A stretch of DNA of 64,000 nt from a virus: positions 79,935-143,934 of IMG/VR virus record IMGVR_UViG_3300021425_002093. One strand, 5' to 3'. Both the position numbers and the translations under genes were made by a program. Shown here piece by piece: positions 38,901 to 47,642 of this stretch. A model generated the notes under the pieces. It had not been told where the DNA came from. It worked only from the letters and a program-made list of their open reading frames with translations, and did not search any database. How positions within the stretch are numbered: the stretch's first letter is position 1; each line of letters starts with the position of its first letter.

Positions 38901-40085
38901 TCTTGATGTTGTCCACTGATCTGCGTTTGGATGATAGTCATCCATGAAGATTCTTTGCCAAGCACCAGGTGCTCCAGTAGAATTATTTCTACCTCTTACG
39001 TAAAGAGGAACAGAAGACGTGCTAGTTTTAAATAGATCAAAGTGTCTGCCCCAGTTACTACCATTTGCTCCACTAATCGGCCTGAATCCCCAAGTTACAC
39101 CAAACTGACTTGGAAAGTTTGTGCTACCTGTAGTGTTCACGTCACCTGAGATGACGAATTCTCTTGTGTCGTTTTCATAGCCAGTGAGATATGATGCATC
39201 TGCGGCGAGATAAGTATCATAAAAGTCTACGTAGTCATCTGAGCTAAATGCGTTTGTGCCTAGCGCTCTTGTGCTTACTTGATCTGATCCATTGATCATT
39301 AAAGCGGTTGTCTGAGCATCAGCACCAAGACCTGCGATAGTCAATCCGCCTTGAATATATAATCCATCAGTCGGAGGTGTAGTTCCATCTGAAGCGGCAC
39401 CAATCGTTGTACCGCCGTCAATATGAAGCTTTTTACCGACTATGCTTGATCCGCCCCCACCAATGGCAAACGTTCCGGTTAATCCTCTGTACCAGAGATA
39501 ATCTGTAGCATCAACATCAGTAAATTGTATACCAGCGTAAGTAGTTCCATTTCCGTTTAGAATTAGCTGTCTGTCAGAGGAATTAGTAAGCGTTAGGATA
39601 CCTGTCATAGTATCGTCAGCATCGCTTCGGACAAACTGTGTTGAGTTTAAGGAGTCTAATGTACCCGCATCAAGAGTTCCTTCGTCTGCTGTTGTAAGTA
39701 CTCTGTTTCCACCAACGTCCAATTGTGCGTTTGTGTGATCAGCACCATCGCTAGTAAGTTGTAATTCCGCTCCACCTGTACCCGATACAGTAGCGATCAG
39801 TTTTCCGTCATCATTCTGATAGAAAAGCCAATCGAAGCTTGCGAGAGTGTTGTTGAAATCGACTCGCCCGTTAGTGCCAGTTCCCGTCAACTTTAAATTG
39901 TTTCCGTTGAGTAAAAAATCAGCGGCAGCTAACGTGAGTTGAGACTTGGTCGCACTGATATGATCAACGGACAGCGTGGCCGTATTTAGCTCTGTACTAG
40001 TCGCAGAGGTAAACTCAATTTTGGGATCGTCCGAAGACGACCCTATATTGGGCGTAATTAAAATGTTCTTATCTGTCAAAGCCAT
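35961..40085 (-). CDS. Long tail fibre with S74 chaperone, paralogue 1
   Basis: 1374 aa; MALTDKNILITPNIGS; LDS..S.QFVRSDADD shaft motif; SDGRLKTNV...GVIAQEVQ...VDYERITPLLIEAIKEQQ. Confidence 0.88.
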   Translation of the reverse strand: MALTDKNILITPNIGSSSDDPKIEFTSATSTELNTATLSVDHISATKSQLTLAAADFLLNGNNLKLTGTGTNGRVDFNNTLASFDWLFYQNDDGKLIATVSGTGGAELQLTSDGADHTNAQLDVGGNRVLTTADEGTLDAGTLDSLNSTQFVRSDADDTMTGILTLTNSSDRQLILNGNGTTYAGIQFTDVDATDYLWYRGLTGTFAIGGGGSSIVGKKLHIDGGTTIGAASDGTTPPTDGLYIQGGLTIAGLGADAQTTALMINGSDQVSTRALGTNAFSSDDYVDFYDTYLAADASYLTGYENDTREFVISGDVNTTGSTNFPSQFGVTWGFRPISGANGSNWGRHFDLFKTSTSSVPLYVRGRNNSTGAPGAWQRIFMDDYHPNADQWTTSRTLTIGNTGKAVNGGANVSWSLAEIGALPLSGGSLSGNLEIATGSPVLEVNDTNATTQTNQIGYVSFQRQGTETAWVGLGSIGNDILTLRNTEGEVRLSPTGGIATVDGNEILTTANYNTTTDTRYYTQAQVDEFLDDSYVDNVTATNLAVGWYTIATVSSGRAGARFAIWDINSSDHQMVVFYAAHHYGTDASNTLTCLMNSYFAGNPFRYIRIKELGTYDGAAVQIYIDDGSNQVRAAIVGDNVQTPSWVLKDWIPDATDPGNVSTASNSTNGTTSAWASFTEASRLDLNQIAQGGISTTGPIYADGDTVQYRVIHEGANSVSPTLTGDNTLTFGPNSNPAANTLRIGGNNAGPAADRASIAISSGNLHVDCVEGGYGIYLNWYANTTNGTYFGDGAGSEKARFDGNGQLFLTGNQNNGTGHRITFQDDGSPGLSGGIGFTGSLGNGGGYNASLQSAGELQYSAAGHFFADTSVVNTGVPNAWHRMNGDFTWGTNSGSNVLTQMTFDTSAGDLTVAGDMYTSGYKVVTSPNGPTGDFNTQTVTTYVGALNANANTPFGNAWYNLVNVRHRGGESDGNQYGGQLAWGMTGFDGRLAFRRHNANTWGNWYEVYHTGNSGIFLRSDTDDTAAGQITFPTAIANRPVLGQGFISRGDQGDGDHDIHGLSERYYPSNATAADAWGLQWYGTGNQYRFKGAGSNKVIIDLNAETTTNSATGGILVSDSYRRISAGRGFLNGNYPDIENAGTTNTTGPIYCIGNSWYPGTTTLGNFYGVGYTYSSATFLPYDTARWGMYVAADGDARIWLQATNGNIFATGNITAYASDGRLKTNVKKIENALDKVCKIRGVEYDWVDNIETEYEFSPTAMHEVGVIAQEVQEVLPEVVTTAPFNGIYSQKTGWSKIQRQMEEELGREVTKEEAKNKFEELPIEEREAMQEDYNFLTVDYERITPLLIEAIKEQQELINNMQQRIDALEKDRKES

Positions 40086-40090
40086 TTGAC

Positions 40091-43000
40091 TTAGCCCTCG
40101 TATTCTACATCAAATCTTTCTGTATCTTTTCTCTCCCCAAAGATGGTGTAGAAACAATCGAGTTCGTATGTTGATTCAATGTAGACTTTATTATCTTCTA
40201 TTCGATCTACCCACATTTCATTGTATCGTCCACATGCAGTTAAGTTGACCGTGATAGTGTCCTCATGGACAAGCCCTGTCCAATAGTCAGGTAGTTCGAT
40301 AACACGACTTCCCTTGAGTCTACCCCTAACATAAACTCCGTTTTCGGGCCCTTCGAGTGAGCCGTATCGTAGACGCATTCCTTCTTTTGTTGGATGCTCA
40401 ATATCGAAAGATTTTGTCGTTGCTGAAATCGTGCCTTGGAAATCATATGTACCGTTATTGAGACTCCAAGAAACCATTGTTGTACCAGTGTCAGTTTCAA
40501 CAAAATCTACAAGATCGTCACTTCCCAGTCCAAGCTGACCATCAGCAATTTGTCTTACATATCCATAGCTAGTTCCGGTAACCTCGTTTCCGAAATAAAT
40601 TCCTCGGTTATTGACATTCGCAAAGACAATATCTCCACTCATTCCAAGACCGCCAGCGACAGTAAGTGCGCCAGTAGTGCTTGATGTAGATGCTGTAGTG
40701 CTACTAATCGAGACATCGCCCCCGATACTAAGTCCACCAGCAAAGTCTACATTATTATTTTGTCCCTCAAACGTAACTTGATTTGTCCAGGCTGCAGAGT
40801 CCAGCCTGCGCTGAATAACAAGAGGAATATCTCCATTCAAATTATCAAACGAAACAATCCTATGTCCGTATCCATTTCCCGCTGTCGCTGTAACGAATTC
40901 TATGCCGCCGTATGCGGCTGGTACTGTCTGACTTCCTCCATTAGCTAGTTTCAATAAGCCACCTTGCACCGAAGGAGCATTATCTAAATTCTCGCCGATG
41001 TTTAAGCGCCCGCTGAACTTTCGAATCGCTCCAGTTTGTGTTGTACCGAGTCCAGCAATCATAAAGTCACAAAGAGGAATCGCTGTGAGTACAGGATCTG
41101 TTGTCGTTGCGCTTACATTTAAGAATCCAGTGGTTGAGGCTGCTGTTAAACCACTAACATCAAAGACATAAGTCTGATCTGATCCTACAGCACCAATTTC
41201 AATCTTAACCCAAATATTTGCTGTTTCACTACCGACATATTCAGCAAAGACTTCTCCGGTAAGTTCTGAGAAACCAGAATCACGTTCAAATCTAGAAATA
41301 TGTACACCGTCGTGATTGTTTCCAGTGGGCGTACTTTCAAAATTAAGAATCGCTGTAATTCTAGCTCCGTGATACGAAGAGTTTCCTCTTGCGGCAATAC
41401 GAATGTCATGAATACCTTCTTTAATTTGACAGACTCTTACCCAATAATTGTTGCTCGGACTTAAAACTAATACATCATCGTTTCCAGCAATGTAAGTTCT
41501 TTGCTGATTACCAAAAACTACTGCGGCGCTAGTCACTTTCAGTTGCGATAATCCACCAGTAGATATTGAAACAGTGTCAGCGGCCGGATGGAAAATACCA
41601 GTATTAGTATCGCCTGTCCAATACAGTGTTGGGGTTGCTTCTGCTCCACCATCTGTAATAGCGATTGAGTTTGGAGTGACTACTCCATTGATATCGACGA
41701 CTGTGCCGCTTGTCGAATCTGCATTTCTAAACGTATGCAAATCAGCATCAAAGAACATGTTGTTTGCTTGCGTTGGATGCGTTCCACCATAAAGTTCAAT
41801 GTTAGAACCAGTTCCTAGACCACCCAAGATTGTTATAGAATCAGTGTCAGCGAGAGACTGTATATTTCCACCAACATTTATCGATCCAGTAACTTCCGCT
41901 GTTCCGTTATTATTAAGTCTTAACCATTCTGTTTCGAAAGCAACTGTCTTTGGCGTAGTACCTCCACCATCTTCTGTTGTCGATCCGAAGATAAGTTTAT
42001 CGACACTTTCGTCCCAGAACATTCCAACATTATAGTTTGCCGCAGTTGCTGTAGAATATCTCTGAAGAAGAATACCTGTGTCACTTGCCGCAGTTGCTTG
42101 ACCTTTGTTCAGAGTGATTATGGAATCTTCGACATCAAGATTTGACGTATTGAGTGTGATCGTATCTCCATTGACGGTAAGATTTCCAGTAACAGTAATG
42201 TCTGTTCCGACTTCAAGATTCCCACCGACATACAAGTTTTCAGCAACACCCGCACCGCCAGCAACTGTCAATGCTCCTGTCGAGGTGCTTGTAGATCCAG
42301 TAGTTGATAGAACATCGACTGATTGATCTGAGCCAGCAACTGTGATTGCATTTGTCTCTACACCACTTGCGTTTGCTGTGCGAATCAGAAGATTTGTTAC
42401 TGTTGCTCCCGTTGCATGTCCCGCTGTAAGAACAGCATCTGATCCGTTGACACCTAAACCGATGTACTCCGAAGATTCGTCTGCGCCTGTAACTCGCAAG
42501 ATGACATTTGCGTCAGTGCCATTATGGAAATTAGCAAGATTCGTTGCGGATGAAGTACCAACTTCCAATCGAGAAAGCGCTCGAACTTCTCCAGTAACTT
42601 CGATGTCTCCACCAGCGTATACGTTTTCCGCAACTCCGACACCGCCCGCTACTGTGAGTGCGCCCGTAGCTGAAGATGTAGATGTCGTTGTAGCAAGAAC
42701 ACTAGCATCGAGCGTGACAGTTAAGTCTTGATTAATCGTAACACCATCTGCTGTTGTCGCTAGCATGACTGTACCGTCATGACTCAGACTAACTGCGCCT
42801 CCATCAACAGCAGTAATCTGTGCGGCGTTTGTCGTAGGTTGATATAGTCTCCAAGTAGCGGCGTCACTTCGATAGGTGGCTATTGCTTCCGAAACTTCAA
42901 ATTGATGATTGATTTGTGTGGTAGATGTCAAAACATTTACAACACCGTCAAAAGTAGATGTACCAGAAACTCTAAATGCACTTGAGCCTGGGGCAGCGCC

Positions 43001-43639
43001 ATTTACACCAAGATGTCCAGCATCTGTTATCGTGAGCCAAGTATCTGTATATGTTAGGTTGTTGTCAGATCCGTCTTCTGCCGTTTTACCTATGATCAAA
43101 GAATCCGCACTTTCATCCCAAGAAAAACCAACGTTATAGTTTGTAGCATCCGCAGTTTCATATCTTTGGAAAAGTAGACCAACGTCATTCAAAGGAGTGA
43201 CCTGATTTTTGTTCAGTGTTAATACGGCGTCAGTAATATCTAAGTTTGTTGTGCTAACAGTGGTTGTATTACCTGTTACTGTTAGATCCCCATCAACAGT
43301 AATATTTTTAACTTCAAGTGTTGATGTACTAGGAGTCCACGTAAAATCAGCAAGCGTACCAGTAGTGTCATAGAAGTTTACAACACCAACAACTTCAAGT
43401 CCATCTGACGTGATTGTGCCCACGACTTCTAGCGCTGTAGCAGGAGCGGTTGTAGCAATACCAACCCGACGATTTGCATCATCAAATGATATAATAGAGC
43501 CTGAGTCACCATTGATGTCCAAGACATCATTCGCAATCATCTCTACTGTAATTTCGTTTGTTGAATTCTCTATGTTATCTGTAAACGTAACATTCTGAGA
43601 AAACAAGCCATTTCTGACTTTAAATTGATTATTCGCCAC
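40091..43639 (-). CDS. Tail fibre segment protein (GTG start)
   Basis: 1182 aa; N-terminal FKVRNGL; three STS..TGALTVAGG repeats; C-terminal TKSFDIEHPTK..MRLRYGSLEGPE..VY.RG domain. Confidence 0.8.
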   Translation of the reverse strand: MANNQFKVRNGLFSQNVTFTDNIENSTNEITVEMIANDVLDINGDSGSIISFDDANRRVGIATTAPATALEVVGTITSDGLEVVGVVNFYDTTGTLADFTWTPSTSTLEVKNITVDGDLTVTGNTTTVSTTNLDITDAVLTLNKNQVTPLNDVGLLFQRYETADATNYNVGFSWDESADSLIIGKTAEDGSDNNLTYTDTWLTITDAGHLGVNGAAPGSSAFRVSGTSTFDGVVNVLTSTTQINHQFEVSEAIATYRSDAATWRLYQPTTNAAQITAVDGGAVSLSHDGTVMLATTADGVTINQDLTVTLDASVLATTTSTSSATGALTVAGGVGVAENVYAGGDIEVTGEVRALSRLEVGTSSATNLANFHNGTDANVILRVTGADESSEYIGLGVNGSDAVLTAGHATGATVTNLLIRTANASGVETNAITVAGSDQSVDVLSTTGSTSTSTGALTVAGGAGVAENLYVGGNLEVGTDITVTGNLTVNGDTITLNTSNLDVEDSIITLNKGQATAASDTGILLQRYSTATAANYNVGMFWDESVDKLIFGSTTEDGGGTTPKTVAFETEWLRLNNNGTAEVTGSINVGGNIQSLADTDSITILGGLGTGSNIELYGGTHPTQANNMFFDADLHTFRNADSTSGTVVDINGVVTPNSIAITDGGAEATPTLYWTGDTNTGIFHPAADTVSISTGGLSQLKVTSAAVVFGNQQRTYIAGNDDVLVLSPSNNYWVRVCQIKEGIHDIRIAARGNSSYHGARITAILNFESTPTGNNHDGVHISRFERDSGFSELTGEVFAEYVGSETANIWVKIEIGAVGSDQTYVFDVSGLTAASTTGFLNVSATTTDPVLTAIPLCDFMIAGLGTTQTGAIRKFSGRLNIGENLDNAPSVQGGLLKLANGGSQTVPAAYGGIEFVTATAGNGYGHRIVSFDNLNGDIPLVIQRRLDSAAWTNQVTFEGQNNNVDFAGGLSIGGDVSISSTTASTSSTTGALTVAGGLGMSGDIVFANVNNRGIYFGNEVTGTSYGYVRQIADGQLGLGSDDLVDFVETDTGTTMVSWSLNNGTYDFQGTISATTKSFDIEHPTKEGMRLRYGSLEGPENGVYVRGRLKGSRVIELPDYWTGLVHEDTITVNLTACGRYNEMWVDRIEDNKVYIESTYELDCFYTIFGERKDTERFDVEYEG

Positions 43640-43654
43640 GGTTCCACACTCCCC
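43640..43654 (-). promoter_or_regulatory. Leader motif GGGGAGTGTGGAACC directly before the GTG start
   Basis: Near-identical to the element at 50592-50605; includes the SD. A TATAATTA promoter variant overlaps the upstream stop at 43675-43682. Confidence 0.6.
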
Positions 43655-43677
43655 TTAGGCTTTAATTGTTATTGTAA

Positions 43678-46600
43678 TTATACGATTAGTGTTTCTACTA
43701 CGGTGTACTCCGTGTTAGCGGCAACTGCGGTTGAAAGAATTCTAACTGTCCCAGCATTGATATTTGCGATGTAAGTAGCAATCGGATTTGCTGTCGTATG
43801 AACGATAGCGTACTCGGTGATTTGTGCTGTAACTCCATCGTGAACAAGAAGCACTTCACTTGCCTGAACTTCGCCCGTAGCGTCCTTTGCCCGAATGACA
43901 AGTTTAGCCGCTGTGAAGTTAGCCGCATCAAACGATGCAATAATTTCAGCGCCTGTTGTCGTTGCTGTATATTCTTCAGCAAGTTGCTCTACAACATCAA
44001 CATCCAGGTCAGATCTGAATATGAAACTATCTCTAGAAGTGATATTATTCCTAACATTCAAGTTCTCAGCAATACCAACACCACCTGCTACTGTGAGCGC
44101 TCCCGTTGTGCTTGAAGTGGAAGTTGTGGTATCTATAATATTCAGACTAGGAACAGTCACTAGACCATTTGCAACAATCAAAGAGTTAGCAAAGCTAGCA
44201 CCACCTGCTGATATTTGTATATTATTATCAGTATGGTTATACGCCAGTCTACCAATTTGACTATTGTTGTCAGAGAAAAAGATTGTAGAGAAGCCGTCGG
44301 CAGCAGAAACAATATCTATTGCAGAGTCGCCAAATCCAACACTGCTAGAATCTACTGTAATATTACCAACAGTAATAGCATTTGTCGTAGTGTTGCCGTT
44401 ATCAGTAACCCTATCTAAATTAAACTCAGTCGATTGCAATCCATCAAACAAATCCGCATTCAAATTTGTGACAAGATCTGTCGATACAACAGTAAATGGA
44501 GCAGTTCCTATTGCGTTATTAAAATTAACTGTAGTACCGTCGGCCGCAGTTAACGTTGTACCCGAATCGAAGGTAAGTGTTCCATTCGTATAGTTGTCAT
44601 TTACGTTGCTTCGTAAGAAGTTAGACTGATCAAGATCATCGAGCAAGTCAGCATTTAGATTTGTGACTTTTGTTGTAGAGACAACTGTAAATGGTGCTGT
44701 TCCAATAGCATTATTAAAGTTAACAGTAGCACCGTCGGCCACAGTTAACGTTGTACCAGAGTCGTATGTAAACGTACCGTTTGTGTAATTATTGCTTACA
44801 TTGCTTCTCAAGAAATCAGTAGAATCTAAGCTATCAAGCAAGTCAGCGTTTAGATTTGTAACAAGATCACTAGAAGTAACTATAAGGGGCGGGCCAGATC
44901 CAAGTACACTGAGATTGCTATTAACTGTTAAATCACCAGCGACTTCAACAGTTCCGCTATTATCTCCGTGTGTAGCAGGATCGATGACGAATGTTGCTGG
45001 ACCTCTAATCTGACCAGTAAGTTCAACATCGTCACTATAAAGAGTATCTATCTGAAGATTCGCTAAAGCAAAGGACGGATCTCCTGTGTCAATAAAGACA
45101 GAAGCATCAGGCTCAGGCGTATACTCGTGGAATAACTTGAATCTCTCATCCGTTGCATCTCTAAAGATACCTGCATGAACAACACCAGATCCAGCGTCAT
45201 ACTCACCAGTAATGCCTAAATCTGGATTTGCTGAGATCTTTGCTTTAGAAGTACCACCGCTTGAATACGTGTCAGTAACTGTGCTTGCAATCGTAAACGT
45301 ATTGCTCGTAACCGCTGTGATAGACGTACTAGCAATATTAAAGCTTGGCGGAGTAACTCCAGTAACTTCTACGAGTTCACCGACGAAGTAGTTGTGATCT
45401 TCGGTTGTAGTGTAAACTACGTTTACTCCATCTCCAACTGCGTTTGCAATAGATCGCTCTTCAGGCTCGTTGAGCATGATCATGTTATCAGAGAGTGTTA
45501 GATTCGTAGCACTTACTGTTGTTGTAGTACCTGATACCGTCAGATCACCATCAAGAATCAAGTTACCGGATATACTTGTATTAGAGTTAACTTGAATCGA
45601 TCCAGCAATAACAACAGTGCCAGTGTCATCTCCATGAACAGCAGGATCAATAGTAAATGAAGCAGGTCCTCTTAGATAGCCAAGCGTCTCAATGTTGTCA
45701 GCAGTAAGATTTGCTACAGTTGTATTATTCGCATTAATAACGTCAGCAGTAAATGTTGATCCTGTTGCCGACACATCAACAATTGGAGAATTCGTGTAAA
45801 TCCCACCAGCAGTAGCATTGAATGTAAGATTAGCAGTAGTCGAAACAGTAATGTCATCTCCAGCACCTACACCTAATGTCGTCGTCGCTGTAATTTGTGG
45901 AGTTACAACATTCTGAGCAAACAAATCATTATTAGCTGTTATGTCATGATAGCCACTAATCGAACTAGTAATAGTACCTGTTCCGGTGATTGTCTCAAAT
46001 GCAGAAATTTCGCTTGCCGCATTCCCAGTTCCAGTAACTAACTGATATCCAGTGATTGCACTTCCTGTAGCGCTTGTTCCAGTAATAAAATGATAGTTTT
46101 CAATCAAACTGGTAGCGGTATTTGTTCCAGAAATAGTTTCAAATGAAGAAATGGTGCTAGGAAGATTACCTGTTCCGGTGATAAGCTCATATCCACTAAT
46201 TTGGCTATTTCCAGTTCCAGTTCCGGTAATTAATTCATAAGCTGAGATTTGACTAGTAGCAGTTCCTGTTCCTACAATAGTATCATATTGCGTAATCGTG
46301 CTAGCGACTACATTTGTTCCAATAAGGTCTTCCGCAGTAACGGACGCCACAGTAATAGAATTAGTTGTTGTATTTCCGTATCCAGTGACACGATCAAGCG
46401 TGAAGTCAGTGCTTGTTAAATCGTCAAATAAGTCAGCATTAAGATTATCGACTTTAGTTGTTGATACAACAATAAAGGGGGCGACTCCTATTGCATTATT
46501 AAAGTTAACTGTAGCTCCCTCTGCCGCAGTTAGCGTTGTTCCGTTATCAAATGTAAATGCACCGTTAGTGTAGTTATCGCTTGCATTGCTTCGTAAGAAA

Positions 46601-47307
46601 TCGCTTTCATCAAGACCGTCTAATAGATCAGCGTTTAGATTTATAACCTTAATGTCTGATGCTACAACTAAAGGTGGATCAATTCCATTATCGACTGTTG
46701 AAATGATTTGATTAGCAGTAAGATCGTTTACAAGTGTGATTGAACTAACATTAATATTCAGTGTGTTAACAGTAACAAAGTCGCCTAGTACATCGAGACT
46801 ACCATGAATCTGTACAAGACCATCAAGAGGATCGTCACCATCAGTGTTTCCAATATAAGGAGCAGGATCGATATCAAAGACCGCTGGGCCACGAAGATCT
46901 CCATTCGTGACTAGAGTTTCAGCAGTGACTGTTTGACCAGAGAAGCTACCTAGAGCATCACGAAATACGAAAGTGCTTCCTACATTTGTATGTGTGGAGT
47001 TTGCATTAATATCCGTTAGAACACCACGGAGAGTCGTTGCGTTTGTGTACTTGTACGCAAGAGGATTAATTACGAAAGTGGTTTCATCACCAGTGATAAC
47101 TCCGGAAGGATCAATCGATAACCCCGTATCGGTCGTGAAAAAACGTCTTGAGCCATCGGCGTTGGAGCCAATGAGAGAATCGTCAGCAGCAGGGAACCCA
47201 AAGTCAGGCTCCGCATTTTCAAGACTAAGGTATTCATATCGTTCGGGTGCTAAATCGCTTCCAACATTTTTCTTTGCTCGATTACTGAGCAGACCTATAC
47301 TACGCAT
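43678..47307 (-). CDS. Repeat-rich tail fibre / structural protein
   Basis: 1209 aa; five NLNADL.D motifs, three RGPA.F.IDPA motifs, a 16-aa tandem array; C-terminal AK...E.LLVHDG....TEY domain. Confidence 0.8.
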   Translation of the reverse strand: MRSIGLLSNRAKKNVGSDLAPERYEYLSLENAEPDFGFPAADDSLIGSNADGSRRFFTTDTGLSIDPSGVITGDETTFVINPLAYKYTNATTLRGVLTDINANSTHTNVGSTFVFRDALGSFSGQTVTAETLVTNGDLRGPAVFDIDPAPYIGNTDGDDPLDGLVQIHGSLDVLGDFVTVNTLNINVSSITLVNDLTANQIISTVDNGIDPPLVVASDIKVINLNADLLDGLDESDFLRSNASDNYTNGAFTFDNGTTLTAAEGATVNFNNAIGVAPFIVVSTTKVDNLNADLFDDLTSTDFTLDRVTGYGNTTTNSITVASVTAEDLIGTNVVASTITQYDTIVGTGTATSQISAYELITGTGTGNSQISGYELITGTGNLPSTISSFETISGTNTATSLIENYHFITGTSATGSAITGYQLVTGTGNAASEISAFETITGTGTITSSISGYHDITANNDLFAQNVVTPQITATTTLGVGAGDDITVSTTANLTFNATAGGIYTNSPIVDVSATGSTFTADVINANNTTVANLTADNIETLGYLRGPASFTIDPAVHGDDTGTVVIAGSIQVNSNTSISGNLILDGDLTVSGTTTTVSATNLTLSDNMIMLNEPEERSIANAVGDGVNVVYTTTEDHNYFVGELVEVTGVTPPSFNIASTSITAVTSNTFTIASTVTDTYSSGGTSKAKISANPDLGITGEYDAGSGVVHAGIFRDATDERFKLFHEYTPEPDASVFIDTGDPSFALANLQIDTLYSDDVELTGQIRGPATFVIDPATHGDNSGTVEVAGDLTVNSNLSVLGSGPPLIVTSSDLVTNLNADLLDSLDSTDFLRSNVSNNYTNGTFTYDSGTTLTVADGATVNFNNAIGTAPFTVVSTTKVTNLNADLLDDLDQSNFLRSNVNDNYTNGTLTFDSGTTLTAADGTTVNFNNAIGTAPFTVVSTDLVTNLNADLFDGLQSTEFNLDRVTDNGNTTTNAITVGNITVDSSSVGFGDSAIDIVSAADGFSTIFFSDNNSQIGRLAYNHTDNNIQISAGGASFANSLIVANGLVTVPSLNIIDTTTSTSSTTGALTVAGGVGIAENLNVRNNITSRDSFIFRSDLDVDVVEQLAEEYTATTTGAEIIASFDAANFTAAKLVIRAKDATGEVQASEVLLVHDGVTAQITEYAIVHTTANPIATYIANINAGTVRILSTAVAANTEYTVVETLIV
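44430..44880 (-). repeat. Tandem 195-bp (65-aa) duplication in the 1209-aa fibre; third copy near 46440-46680
   Basis: VTNLNADLLD..FLRSN...NYTNGT.T.DSGTTLT.ADG.TVNFNNAIGTAPFTVVST repeats; accgtcggcc recurs at 44536 and 44731. Confidence 0.85.
45928..46296 (-). repeat. 16-aa (48-bp) tandem repeat, 7 full copies plus a partial eighth
   Basis: ITQYDTIVGTGTATSQ / ISAYELITGTGTGNSQ / ISGYELITGTGNLPST / ISSFETISGTNTATSL / IENYHFITGTSATGSA / ITGYQLVTGTGNAASE / ISAFETITGTGTITSS / ISGYHDITANN. Confidence 0.9.
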
Positions 47308-47638
47308 TTAGAGACTCCAGTACACTAAGAGTAATCTTCAAAGTGCTATTGACTGATGCACTACCCTTTACTGAGTCTCCGTCTTCTAAAATAAGTTTTC
47401 CGGTAATCGCATTTACAGCATCGTTAGGTGCAACATCAAAATCTTTCACAAGCTCTGTTTCGATAGCGCCTGTTGTTTTGAAATGAGAAAAAGTCGTGCT
47501 GACCGGATTCGCAGTAATGTTAGTTATCTGCGCCATTAGGATAATACCAGTGAATCCTACTGGAGCAGTATACAATACATCGTTGCTCGTTGTCAACTCA
47601 GCCGTGACTGTTCTGAATACATTAAGTGGCGTGGCCAT
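47300..47638 (-). CDS. Small beta-sandwich structural/adaptor protein
   Basis: 112 aa; LNVFRT, LYTAP.G..GIIL.AQI.N, GKLILEDGD, ITLSVLE; overlaps the 1209-aa start. Confidence 0.7.
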   Translation of the reverse strand: MATPLNVFRTVTAELTTSNDVLYTAPVGFTGIILMAQITNITANPVSTTFSHFKTTGAIETELVKDFDVAPNDAVNAITGKLILEDGDSVKGSASVNSTLKITLSVLESLNA

Positions 47639-47642
47639 TTTC

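Noticed and set aside
24267-40085. Diversity-generating retroelement acting on fibre or adhesin tips
   Set aside because: No reverse transcriptase in the window, and I saw no template/variable repeat pair differing only at adenines.
40091-40440. C-terminus of the 1182-aa protein as a fourth S74 chaperone
   Set aside because: It lacks SDxRLK and GxIAQE and has a different KSFxIxHP/LEGPE signature; a distant relationship cannot be excluded without a profile search.
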